DNA from: Octopus vulgaris
Lineage: Eukaryota
Assembly (NCBI GenBank): GCA_951406725.2
Contig: OX597823.1
Span: 49,972,001 to 50,036,000, forward strand
DNA length: 64,000 nucleotides
Reading direction: 5' to 3'
Each line of letters starts with the position of its first letter. Position 1 is the stretch's first letter. The position numbers and the translations under genes were made by a program. Below, piece after piece: positions 35,841-49,222 of this stretch. The notes beneath the pieces are model-generated. The model saw only the letters and a program-made list of their open reading frames with translations. It was not told where the DNA came from and did no database searches.

Positions 35841-38800
35841 GTAAAGTTGTTTTCCTACCTCTGCCATACTTTTTCTTTTTCTTCTTGGAATTGTGCCTTG
35901 CAAGACAGTGTTTGACAAGCCTAATGATCTGATTACAGATATTACAAACAATTTTCAAACTGAAGATCTCTTATGTGCTGCCTTGAAAATTTGTTTGTCA
36001 GCCACCATCATCTCTTACTGGAAGTTTCAATCTGTTCATAATAACTTTTATCTCTAATAAGAATTACTGTGTGACATTTCTGTCACAGTTAAAGATTTAC
36101 TTTCTTGATAAGAATGGTAGTAGTGAAAGCCATTCTCCAGCCTACCAAATCAGGAGATTACAATTCATGAAGTTACTTATTTGCTTGGGTCAGTTCAATT
36201 GAAATATTTTCCATACTATCACAGACTTCTTTGCTTCAGAAATATTATTATTACCTCAACCTCTGCTTGCAATATTTGGTCACTAGATTATTATTTTTTT
36301 TTTTGGGTTGTGGTGGTAGTGTGATGGTGATCAATTCTCTTTTGCTTCATTCAAGTCTCTTTTGTAAAGTTCTTGTTAATTATATTCTCCAGCTCTATCA
36401 GTTTCCCTTCATTTATTCTTTGATGATCATAAACTGCCTATTGCTTAGCAGTAATCTATCATTACTTCCTTAGATAGTGTTTGCCAAGGATCCCATTGGT
36501 TGTCGAAGGTGGAGGTTATACCAAGGATCAACAAGATGTTGGCTTGTCCTTAATTGTTACTCGGAAGGTTTCTAACTCTTGAAAGTTTCCTCAGCCTTAC
36601 ATGGTCAAATTTGACTTCCATGAACTCAGCAGTATTTTTACTGTGTTGATGTCTCAATATCTACCCCATACTGGTAACTCAGAGACCCTCAATGCTGGTA
36701 GAAATATCTAACTTTACATTCAAATCCTGTTAGACTTGCTTAGTGTGAATGTTATTCTGTATAGAAGATTCACTGGTAATGAATATATAGTTGAAGCTAT
36801 TTTCTCATTCTTAATGAACTGAACACTTCAGTTTACATTTAATAAAAGAAATTTTCTATTAACAGCTGCAGTAATGATAGGGTTAAACCATATTCAATTA
36901 TTAAAAAAAAATCATTTGGGTGCGGATGACATTAAATCTTGAAGTACACCTGAAGCTATAAATAAAATCGTGTAAATTTTGGTTTTTCTATCCAAAAAGG
37001 TTTTTTGAACCATTCTTTACACATTATCTATAGCTTTATGCATGTTTAAAACCCACTGTTCCAAAAATGAATTATTTCATATTTTCTCAATTGTTTATAA
37101 GTTCTTATGATGTCAATGTGTGTTGTATGTGTGTATTATAAAAAGAAGAAATATTTCACTAGCAATATGAATGTCTCTACATGTCACAAGCTTCAGAAAT
37201 CTACTAATTGGGTTTTAATTCATATGTACTAAATAATGTCATCTTAGTTAATAAGTCATTCCATTACAAATAGCATTTCTCAAATAATCTTATATAGTAC
37301 CTTTGATTAACTGAAGCAAGAAGAACATGGTGTCCTACCTCAAAATATTCAAGGAATAACACAATCTCACAGTGGAAATGTATCAGTGACCAAGTCACAG
37401 ATGTACAGTGGAAATGTTAACACTTCATGAATTTGAGTGAATGCAGTGGTTTTTGTATATTATTAAATGGTTAGAATGGCTTCAGTTTTAATATATGGTC
37501 TTAGACAAAGTCACTAGGCATGTTTGACTCCCAAAACTCTCTTGAGATCCAGTGAAAGATTCTCTGATCCTCTTACATGGTTGCTTAACTTGAAAAAAGA
37601 ACAGCCTAATCTTTCTCATATTAAAGCTTACTCTTTTGAAAGTAAGTTGAGGGCCATTAGATAACGATATTCATAGGTAATGTGTGATAATGTATTTATC
37701 AATATGTTATGACTGAGTAGAAGACACGATAGTCATGCTTTGACAACTTTGATCTGAATTCACCTCAGTCAATGCTGACATGAGAGTGAACAACAATACC
37801 AACCTCTCTGTCTTGTTAAAGATAATTACATTGTACCCTTTCATGTAAACTGTAATATTCAAACTAACTAGCTATCAAACTGTTATTTCTAGGTACTTTC
37901 CACATGTTAGCTTTCTTCCACTGCCGTTTGTGAATGTTTATCCCTAACCATAATTACCTCCCCTGTATCTCGTACAAATTCCACTGGATGGTAGAATTAT
38001 CACTTTAAATTACCTGGTTTTGTTATACCTTAGATCACCAAAAATATAGTAATATGATATATATTTTTTCTTTTAGTGGGAATAAATACTCATTACTTAT
38101 AATTTGCTCCAGCATATATACAAATTAAGAAAAATAATCTATCATATAGTCTTAAATCTGAAATGAAATAAACCTTCACATTTTTGTGAAATGTCAATAT
38201 CGGTTTTGGATGTTGATGTAAAAATAGGTTGAATAATATGTTCTGTCATCAAAAGGATCAGGAACAATATATTAAGATATTGGCACTGCAAACAAAATGT
38301 CATGCAGTATTTTGTTATAATATAGGCACAGGTGTAGCTGTGTGGTAAGAAGCTTGTGTTCCAACTGCATGGCACTTTGGGTAAATGTCTTCTACTATTG
38401 ACCCAGGCCAACCAAGGTCTTGTGAGTGAATTTGGTGATCGGATACTGAAAGATTCCTGTAAGTGCTGAGTTCAAATCCCACCAAGTTTAATGTTGACTG
38501 TCATTCTCTTGGAGTCCTTAAATTGTTTTGATTAACAGTTAATCACTGAAGTTGAATTAATCAACTAATACCACTCTGTAAATTTCTGGCCTTGTGCATA
38601 TGTGATAAACAGTTATAGTAGTTAATAAGGATCATCAAAAACAATAGAAAGATAGACATAATACTTTATGGTGTTTAGCTATGTCACTTTATGTTTTGAG
38701 TTCAAATTCTATTGCGATTTTTTTTCCATTCTACCTTTTGTGTTCAATAAACTAACACCAGTCAAGTCCTGAGGTCCATCCAGTCAGCTGTGCCAGTGTT

Positions 38801-41800
38801 GTACTTGTGTCAGTCATTGAGGAAAGTGAATGACAATTAGTAGCGCAAAAGGACAAAATATCCTGATAGTATTTAAAGAACATCTCTTTCTAACCTGAGT
38901 TCAAATAACTCCAGGGTTGATGAAATAACTACCGTTTAACTTCTAGGTCTGGTAATTGACTACCCTCTTCCCAGAATTTTGTGTTAGAAATCTTCATTAT
39001 TATTATTATTAATTGTAGTGGTAAGGCTGTGAGCTGGCAGAATCATTAGCATGCTGGGTCACATGCTTAGTGACATTTCATCTGTCTTTACATTCTGAGT
39101 TGTAATTTTGCTGAGGTCAACTTTGCCTTTCATCCTTATGGGGGCTGATAAAATAAGTTTGAGTTTAGTACGTGGTGGGGATGGTGGGGTTCAGTCTAAT
39201 TGACTCGACCCCTTTCCCCAAACTCGCTGGCCTTGTGCCAAAATTCGAAATCATTATTAGCAGTAGTAACATCCCTAGTTCATATCTTGTTAGAGGCCAA
39301 CTTTACCTTTCATCTTTCTAAAATTGAATTAACAAGTAACGTTCAGATATTGCGTTTGACATAAAGACTCTATTCGTTGATTAAAAAGAATTTTCTATGA
39401 AATGCAATGAATTTTTGTGAATGTGATCATTTCCTTTTGCTGTTTAATTTGTTTGATGTTATTGTAATTATTGCTGGAGTTTATTCAGATGTCTCTTTGT
39501 AAGAAATTGTATCACTGTACATGTCCAACTTTTGATAATTTTCTTTATTTGAAAATATATATGTATGTATGTCTGTGTGTAATATGTATATATCATGTGT
39601 AGATGCAATAATTTGTTTTTAAATACATATTGTGTCTGAACAATATTTTTATAAACTTTAGCATTTTAATGTATTTGTTAATTTTTCACTCATTTCCAAG
39701 TAACTAAACCAAATCTCAGTTTATTTATTACAGGTCTGTTTTACCTATAGAATTCAACTTTTATTCTTATTTTATTCTAGAAACCAGAAATTGCTCAAAA
39801 AATTTTGTTTGTCCCATTTCTTGCCTTAAATTTACTTGTGTGTGTCACCACTTTTCGAACCTAGCTAGAGTGACCCAAAAAATTATACCAGGATGGTTAT
39901 TGATATAAACGGAAGAAATAATTCTAACTTATTTTACACACTTTGTAGTTTTTGTTTCAGTTTTCACTTGTTTTTTTTCCCCCTATGACCAAGTACATTA
40001 ATAATCGTTAGCATCAATGTATGCAAATTTCTGCCCTCACTTCTCTCTCACCTCGCACACACGCATATAAACATGCATTATACATTTATTTACATATACA
40101 AATACATATGTATTTACATGTACAGCACAAGCAAGGGTATATGGTTAAGAAGTTTACTTTCTATCCACATGGTTTTGGGTTCATTTCCACTGTGTTCAAA
40201 ATTTTTGGTGCTACGAGAAAAGCACCCAGTACACTCTGTAAAGTGGTTGGCATTAGGAAAGCCATTCAGCCATAGAAACATGCCAGAACAAATATTTGGG
40301 AGGCTGGTACAGCTCTCCCTCTTGCCAGCTCCCATCAAACCACCCAACCCATGCCAACATGGAAAATAGATATTAAATGTTGATGATGATAATACATATA
40401 TATTTACACATACATGGACATGGTTGTGTGGTTAAGAAGTTTGATTTCCAACCGCATGGGTTCAAGTTCAATCTCACCTTGTTCAAAATTTTAAAAGGCT
40501 GCTGTGTAAAATAGACCATTACTTAGTTACATATAATTCATTTACCTGTATCTTGTAATACTGAGCTAAAGTAGGAAAAAGAGTTTCTTGTTAGATAATT
40601 AAATCAGCTTATTGAAAATTCTTCGTCATTAATTTAACATTCATTTTCCATGATGGCATAGATCCAGCGAGCTGCAGGACTCTGCCAAGCTCCAATTGTC
40701 TGTTTTGGCAAAGTTTCTATGGTTGGATGCCTTTCCTAACAGCAACCACTTTACGCTGTGTACTTGGTGCTTTTTATGTGGTACCAGATAAGTTGCAAGA
40801 CTGAAAGAGAGAAAGCTCTTTTGGCATTGAAAAGGTTGAGAACTACTGTTAGATTTGTTATCTGAACTACTGTTATATGGAGATTTGTTATCGCCAACAA
40901 CAATGTGAAATCAGTTATTTTTGGACGTCATCTAAAATTAACTGCAGTTGAGTTGACTCATTCAATTGAATAATTCTCTGCTAGCTGTTGTTTCTTATGT
41001 TTTGCATGCAGCTTGCTTAAAAGCTTTTAGACATGTGTAGAATTTAGCAACTGAAGTTATTTCCATTTATCACACAGAATGCAGAGTTCTTTACTTTAGA
41101 TTATGAGCCAAATAAAGGATAAGCAGGACTAGTTTTATACAAGCTAAAGCTGAGTTTGTTGAATGTTTGTGATTGTGTCTGTAGCAGAAAGGGATATTTT
41201 TTTTATTGTGTCTATGTGTGTATGTATCCACTTGGTTCCACTCCTCTCTCATCCAAGAAGACTTTTGTCTTGCAAGGTACTTGGTGACCCTGCTGGTGCC
41301 ATGTGAAGAGTACCTGTGCTACTGGTGTCATATTAAAAGCACACTTGCTGGCACCGCATAAAAGGCACTCATACTGGTGGCACGTAAAAAGCATCCTGTA
41401 CACTCTGTAAAGTCGTTGGCATTAGGTGGGACATCCAACTGTAGAAACCATACCAAAACAGACAGCTGGAGCCTGGTTCAGCCCTCCAGCTTGCCAGCTT
41501 CTGTCAAACTGTCCAATCCATGCCAGCATGGAAAACAGATGTTAAATGTTGATGATTATATATATAGGGGCACAAGCATGGCTGTGTGGTAAGAACCTTG
41601 CTTGCCAACTACATAGTTCCAGGTTCAGTCCCGTTGTGTAGCACCTTGGGCAAGTGTCTTCTACTACTATAGCCTCAGGCCAACCAAAGCCTTGTGAGAG
41701 GATTTGGTAGATGGAAAGCCCATTGCATATATATATATGTATGTATGTGTGTCTGTTTTTGTCCCCCCTACCGTCACTTGACAACTGATGTTGGTGTGTT

Positions 41801-42581
41801 TATATCCCCATAGCATAGTGGTTCGGCAAAAGACAATAAAATAAGAACTAGGCTTACAAAGAATAAGTCTTGCAGGCAGTTAGTTTGACTAATGGTGTTG
41901 CTCCAGCATGGTCGTAGTCAAATGACGGAAACAAGTAAAACGAGTAAAAGAATATATACATCTGTATGTGTGATGCATGTGTCTTTGTTTTTGTTTTGTA
42001 GTTGGCATTGAAAAGTTAACATTGGGAGTAATTTGTTTGTTTGTTTTTAAATATAGTGCAGAACATTGATATGCACCATCAGTTCTCATGTTAGCAAAAA
42101 CTGTAAGAGAGAGAGAGAGAGAGAGAGCAAGAGAGATGGTTTTGTATGAAATGATTGGTTTTAGTTGAATCTTGCTCATGTTTACTTTTTCACAACTCAT
42201 TCATAAATCTCACCTGTATTTTACCATCCATCATATCTCAGACTTGCTGCTATCATTCCAGTTTTCTTAAAAAATTTTCTTGTTGTTTTCTCTAGTGTTT
42301 AAATTTCTGGTTGAATATATGAAAAGAATCAAAAGCATTTTGATCAACTTGGTAAACTCTCATTTTACTACATGTTCAGAATTTCACATTTTTTAAATTT
42401 TTTTTTTTACTTTGAATATTGCTTCACATATTGATAACTTTGGTATGAAATTATCTCCGATTTAATGTAAACCAAAATTGCATTAAAGGGGACAGGCAGG
42501 GCTGGAAATAAAAAAGATACAAAACACTGCACATTGCTACCATCTCACTCTGCTGACTCCATATTTGTGAAATGCTTGCAG

Positions 42582-42629
42582 GTGGGACGACAGATGACTC
42601 TACTGATGCCTTAGTGGGATTCCGGAAGC
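42582..42629 (+). CDS. WDR48: Candidate 48-nt alternative cassette exon of WDR48 (CGTTDDSTDALVGFRK)
   Basis: ctgac branch-like motif, ttgcag acceptor, C|gtgagt donor; phase 1 to 1, no stop; GC-richer than its flanks; no counterpart in human WDR48 as recalled. Confidence 0.6.
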
Positions 42630-45546
42630 GTGAGTTGTCTGAATGTGTTCTGAAGCCTTTTGAATGTGTTCTTGAGTCCTATCTTGTTGCTCTTCCATGT
42701 CTTTACAACTTACCTTCCCCCTTTCCTTTCCCTACTCATTTCCTTATGCCAATCATTTTAATGCCATCTTTTTTTAAAGAGTTTGTTTTGTTTTTATTTT
42801 CACTGCTTCAACATATCCTGTGACATTTGTTGCTTAAACATTTTACTAAACACCTCACTTCATTTTTTTTTTTTTTGTTCTTGTTTTTACAATTTCAGGG
42901 GAAATATCAAAATATACTTTCTACTGTTTGATCCACTTAATCTATCTCTTATTTGATTTGGTTCTTTCTATGCATGGTTAAACATACCTCAAAGTGTGCT
43001 ACAAACTCTGGCGTGTTCTAAAGATTAGCTCAAGCACTATTGCTGGTTCTAGGCTCCTGTTTTGAGTTACTGTTTGCATTCTGCTTCTTTCCTATTTCTC
43101 TTCTATAAATCAAAAAACTACATAAGAAAGTTCTCTTTTTTATACCAATGGAATGATTTTTAAAGGCTTCCAATCCTCCCCCCCTCCCCATTTGTAGTAC
43201 TATATTACCCTGTATTTCAGATAGTCTTCTCTCTGTCATCAGGTGTCATATATCTAAGTTTACATGATTTGGCACTAGCCATTATTTTGTTTAGAGTATC
43301 AACACTCATAGCCATTATTCTATCAATATCCATAACCTATTTATAATATTTGGTTGCTCTATGCTGTGTCTTCTGCTTCTATAATCATTAACTCTGTAGC
43401 ATTTAAACCATCTGTATCCAGGCCAAATATTCTACCTGTTTTATGGTCACACTGGCCTCTTACAATCTATCCTACTATGTCATTCTAAAACTAAACAATC
43501 ATATCATTGAAGTTTCAAAGAGACAATGCATGATTAATTCGAAACAATGTGAATAAATATGTATCACGTTTGACAGAGTAATCTGGATGCTAAAGTGTTA
43601 ACCTTATTCTATAAAAGGCTCCTTTTATGAAATTTCCATTTAGTGTGTTCTGCAACAAATGGTTTAAAGCCATATCTCATTAATTATGATTTCTGAATTG
43701 CATTTGTGTAGAAAGTGATTTGATCTGCTGTGGCTAAATTAATTGCTTAGGGTATTGTATTTAGTAAGCAGACTATGTACGATAACCAAATATTTGCTTA
43801 GTGTAAGATATAAGACTGTGCCAGTCTTATATCTTACGTAAGTATCTCCTTGAGGCAGGCTGGGTACTATTAGATTCTGGAGACAGTAACCAGACACCTA
43901 TGAAAATGTTCACACTGCATCTCCAGTTGTGACTTAGAATCAAATATTTTTGCTGATTGTATTGGATAGCTTTTACATTCTTTGAGGAAAATGTTATTCT
44001 GATATCTGATATCTTTTTTTTTTCATTTCTTTGTTAACCAACCTTGTTTCAGTCATTAGACTGCAGCCATGCTAGGGTTAGGGTTACCTCGAGGAATTTT
44101 AGTTAAATGTACTGACTCCAGTACTTTTCTTGTAAAGCTTGGTACTTGTTCCATTGGTCACTCTTGCTGAACCACTAGGTTACAGGGACATAAATAAATC
44201 AACACCTGTTGTGAAGTAGTGGTGGGGGACAAACATGCACACATGTATATATATACATACACACGTGATGAGCTTCTTTAAATTTCTGTCTACCAAATCC
44301 ACTCACAAGGTTTCGTCAGCCTGTGACTATAGTAGAAGACACCTGCCCAAGGTACCACCAGTGAGATTGAACCTGGAACCATGTGGTTGGGAAGCAAACT
44401 TCTTACTACATAGCCATGCCTGTGCTTATGTTCAGATTAATTTCTTGAAAGTTTTTGAAAGTGTCATAAAATTTTGACAGTTAGAAATTATATTGTATTG
44501 GTTTGCAGGCCAAATTTCTGTTGGTGTTATTGGTTCATGTTGTGAAATTTTTTAGTTCATTTTATATCTAATCATCTTCTTCATCATTCCATGTTGGCAT
44601 GAGTTAGGCAGTTTGACTAGAACTAGTAAGTCGGAAAACTGCACCAGGTTCCAGTCTGATTTGGCATAGCTTCTACAGCTGGATGCCCTTCCTAACACCA
44701 GCCACTCCGAGTGTGTAATAGGCACGTTTTATGTGTCATTTACATGGCATTAGTTGGAGCCACAGACACAATTTCACAGGTGCCATTTACACAACACTGG
44801 CAACTGCCATAATTAAGGTTTCCCTTGGCTTGACAAGTCCTCTCAAGCACAGCATATCGCCATGGTCTAGGTCAGTTATCATTGCCTCCATGAGGCCCAA
44901 CATTCGAATATCATGCTACCGGCAATGGCCACTATTATGATTTCACGGGTGTCATTTACATGACACCAGCATGGCCACAACTACAATTTCACTTGGCCTG
45001 ATGAGTTTTCTCAAGCACAGCATATTGCCAAATGTCTAATATGGTTGGTTATTGGACATACAACAATTATCTCGATATATGTTCCACAATTGTACATAGA
45101 TAAAATTTTCATGCCCTGATTATTTTCCGGCTATTTTATAATTTGTTGGTGTAGGGTTCATTCAACTGACCACTCATGTTTAATTGGTCAAAGTTCATTC
45201 TTACTCTGAATTAAGTTCATACTTTTATTTCACAGCTCTCATCATCATCTTTATTAGTATCTTCATTATTATTTGATATCATTTCTTTTATACTCTTTGT
45301 TGCCAAAATCACACCTGACGTAACTAACTTTAATTATCATAATAACATTTTGTTTGTTTTATAAGTATGTCTTATGTTAAGTCTAAACATTAAAAAGAAC
45401 AACACAAGAAGAACAATTGCTTAATCAATAGCTTATTACTTGTGAAGTTGAATTACTTGTGGAGTGTCTTAACGTTTTGGACTGCATTGGTTTGTCATAC
45501 AGAGGGTGAAATCAATTGCTATTGAAATATACATTCCTTACTTGTG

Positions 45547-45908
45547 TATTCTACGCAAGGTAAGCCTGTTTCTCCTACGTTCATTTCATTGACTGTGTGT
45601 ATCTTAATAGTGAATTGCTGGTGGTTTGCGAATGTTGACTCCAATTATAGTCTTCTGAATCTAAATTTAGCTTATATTTTGCCTGTAAAGTTGTAAACAT
45701 GCTCGCCACCTTACCATTAATGATGGTAATAATACTTCTTTATTTAAAATACACTGGCAAAATATAAGCTAAATTTAGATTCAGTAGGGTATTTAAATAC
45801 CACTTGCTATAATTGGAGGCATCACTCCTAAAACCACCTGTAACTCACTATTAAGAAACATACAGGCAATGCAATGAACATAGGAGAAACAGGCTTACCT
45901 TGTGTGGA

Positions 45909-45911
<3 letters not shown>
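45547..45911. mobile_element. Foldback/MITE-like element with ~135-bp inverted arms
   Basis: tattctacgcaaggtaagcctgtttctccta...ctgaatctaaatttagcttatattttgcc is mirrored by ggcaaaatataagctaaatttagattcag...taggagaaacaggcttaccttgtgtggaata; TA at both ends. Confidence 0.8.
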
Positions 45912-45940
<29 letters not shown>

Positions 45941-46017
45941 GTATATATGTGTGCATATACGTATATATATATATATATGTATGTGTATATGTATGTGTGT
46001 GTGTATATATGTGTGCG

Positions 46018-46068
<51 letters not shown>

Positions 46069-46147
46069 GTGTGTGTATATGTATGTGTGTGTATACATGT
46101 GTATATATATATGTATATATATGTATGTATGTATATATGTGTGTGTG

Positions 46148-46181
<34 letters not shown>

Positions 46182-46184
46182 TAT
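45909..46184. repeat. Compound (TA)n/(TG)n/(CA)n microsatellite; similar tracts at 14136-14200, 22640-22706, 46578-46728, 47480-47700, 56395-56500, 56752-56832, 57262-57582
   Basis: Directly visible dinucleotide runs. Confidence 0.97.
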
Positions 46185-46687
46185 AAAGGAAAGTGCCATT
46201 GGAAGTTCAAAAACACAGTCGAAGTGCAGAGTCAATTAAGAAAGGTGTTTCAAACGAGACTTGTCATTACTTGAATTGGGGATAAGTTTGAGTCAGATAG
46301 ACATGTTTAGAATGTTTATGAGACGTGTTCCAGAACGCCATCTATGAACCCCACAGAGTAATAAAGTGTAAGAGAAATGTTTTGCGAAAGTTCAAGAAAA
46401 TCTGAGATAAGAATTTCCAAATCAAGCATCCATCGCATTTTGAAATGCTATCATTTGTAAGTTGCATTTCACGAATAGTTCATGCTCTAAATAAGGTGGA
46501 ACCGGACCGAAGACGCGTCTTGCGAGTGGAGGCACGATGGCCCAGTGGTTAGGGCAGCGGACTCGCGGTCGTAGGATCTGTGTGTATGTATATGTATATA
46601 TACATACACTTAGGATGTATGTGTATGTACATGTATATATATGTGTATGTATATATATATATGTGTATGTATGTGTATATGTGTATG

Positions 46688-46720
<33 letters not shown>

Positions 46721-46728
46721 ATGTATAT

Positions 46729-47482
46729 CTGTGGAAGAGGCAGACCCAGGAAAACCTGGGACGAGGTGGTGAAGCACGACCTTCGAACTTTAGGTCTCAC
46801 TGAGGAAATGACTAGAGACCGAGACCTCTGGAAGTGTGCTGTGCGCGAGAAGACCCGGCAGGACAAGTGAGTCCACAACCCGTGGCCTTCTACATGGGAT
46901 GGAGCCAGCCTACGTATGCATACCTTCCCTTCTTGGGACACAAAACTCTACTTGTGAAGACGTGTTGAGGCAAGTGAGGATCAGAATCGAAATCGATCAA
47001 TGGAAATTGCGGATGTGCTACCAGTGCCGGTGGCATGTCGAAACTCTGCTTGTGAAGACCCATTGAGGCAAGTGAGGATCAGAATCGAAATCGATCAATG
47101 GAAATCGATCAATGGAAATTGCAGATGTGTTACCAGTGCTGGTGGCATGTAAGAGAACTTTCCGTTTCGCGACCGTTGCCAGCACCGCCCCATTTCGTGT
47201 CCGTTGCCAGCCTCGCCTGGCCCTCGTGCCGGTGGCACATAAAAAGCACCATCCGTTCGTGGCCGTTTGCCAGCTCTGTCTGGCACCAGTGCGGGTGGCA
47301 CGTAAAAAGCACCCACTACACTCACGGAGTGGTTGGCGTTAGGAAGGGCATCCAGCCGTAGAAACACTGCCAGATTTGACTGGGCCTGATGAAGCCTTCT
47401 GGCTTCACAGACCCCAGCAGAACCGTCCAACCCATGCTAGCATGGAAAACGGACGCTAAATGATGATGATGATGATGATGAT
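46729..47482 (+). mobile_element. Truncated copy of the same RTE LINE (end of ORF plus 3'UTR)
   Basis: Encodes [23 protein letters not shown]...VREKTRQD; same 3'UTR and (GAT)n tail; inside TA/TG microsatellite. Confidence 0.92.
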
Positions 47483-49011
47483 ATATAGGTTTATGTATGT
47501 ATAAATATGTATATATATATAGGTTTATGTATGTATAAATATGTATATATATATAGGTATATGTGTATATATAGATATATATAGAGGTGTGTATATGTAT
47601 ATAAATATATATATATAGGTATATATATGTGTATGTGTGTGTATATATATGAAGATGTGTATATATACAGGTGTGTATATGTATATATTATTTTATATAT
47701 CTGTTTTGGTACAATTGGAAAAGTACCCAGTATAAATGATATAGAGCAGTGTTATTCTAGAGTCTTCACGGCATATAGCCATATGTTCTGACAAGTTGAT
47801 CCCAGTCTGTTTTATCTGAATAGGGGGCTGCACACAATTGAACCTTCAGAATAACAGACTAAGATTTTGTGTGAATGTATATGTGTGTGTGTGTGTGTGT
47901 ATATATTCACACACACACACACACACACACACACCCATGCACGTAAGCACATAAATGCAAAATAAGGCAGGGAAAAAATAGTACTTGACTACGAAAATGT
48001 AGAGTAATATGCTTTTTATTAAAGCTGAAAAAATTTTCACACACTCTTACTCAGAGTTTGTCATTACCATTCGTCGGACAGTTGTGACCATATGCATGCA
48101 TGCACGTATGTATGTTTATGGTTTATCAGTTAAGCTTTGATATAAGTAAATAGTGGTTTAATTTAATTGAGTTATTGAATCCTTGTTTTAATAAAAGAGC
48201 TTTTGATCTTCTAATTATATTATATGAAGTTTCAGTCGCATTTATCTTCATTTCCTGTTAGCGTTGCTTTTGTTTACTTTCACTTAGTTTCTGTTAACCT
48301 GCTCCAACAAATATTTCTGCTAATATTCCTATTTTATTTTCAAGTAGATAGTATCCACTGCTTATCATGTCATAGACACACCCTGCTTCTCCCTACCCTC
48401 TTATGAGCTCCATCTGCCTTTTCTCTTTTCCCTGCATTATGTTTGGATACCCACTTTACTTTGCATTCCTCTTCATTGCATAACTATGTTTTTAGTCCTG
48501 TATTTAAGCTTTTTTTAATTTTTTTTTTTTTTTGTTTTGCTACTCCTATTCAATCCAGTAGAATGACACGGCCTTTGTATTAATTACAAAATTTTACCAA
48601 CAGTTATGGTACAAGCAAATATATTTAAACCCCAATTTTTATTTTATTCCTGTGTTTCTCTTCTCTCTTAGATGGGTTGGTTTAGCAAATTTATCTATTT
48701 AAAAACGGAACCATTTTCAGCATTGCCTGTACAATATCTGTTGAACTAGAGTAAAAGTGATTCATGGTTAAATTATGCAGTAATGTTGATAGAGTGAGAA
48801 CACAGAGATTTAGAACAGTTTTAGCAGTCATCTTTATTGTGTCTATCTAAATATTTTACCAGTTCAGATATGCTTGGAGCATATTTGAACCTGTAAGAAA
48901 GCCATTCACTGTATTTTGTTATGGAGAAAATTTTCCCACTGTAGACAAGAGATGTAAATACACTTACCACTCTGTAATATTTCATACTTGCCAGTCAGTA
49001 TATTGTATATG

Positions 49012-49222
49012 AAGGCGGCGAGCTGGCAGAAACATTAGTGCGCTGGGCGAAATGCGTAGTGGTATTTCGTCTGTCTTTACGTTCTGAGTTCAATTTCTGC
49101 CGAGGTCAACTTTACCTTTCATCCTTTCAGAGTCGATAAATTAAGTACCAGTTGCATACTAGGGTCGATCTAATAGGCTGCCCCCTCCCCAAAATTTCAG
49201 GCCTTGTACCTAGAGTAGAAAA
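49012..49222 (+). mobile_element. tRNA-derived SINE with Meta-like central domain (OK-like). Other copies at ~3981-4203, 5945-6165(-), 11027-11233, 15510-15915, 25533-25735, 26392-27058, 39023-39255, 52745-52950(-)
   Basis: ggcggcgagctggcagaa...gagttcaa B-box, then gtcgactttgcctttcatcctttcggggtcgataaa...agtaccag; family name from recall. Confidence 0.85.

Noticed and set aside
45828-46274. Many YI/HT/CV-rich ORFs (also near 46.5, 56.4 and 57.4 kb)
   Set aside because: Translations of dinucleotide microsatellites.
46530-46578. tRNA-like 5' half (ggcacgatggcccagtggttagggcagcggactcgcgg)
   Set aside because: No T-arm or acceptor 3' half; it is a SINE head cut by a microsatellite and LINE insertion.
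48345-48700. Several acceptor-like sites (48344, 48558, 48671)
   Set aside because: Donors are non-consensus, or the segments contain stops or break the frame; not supportable without RNA data.
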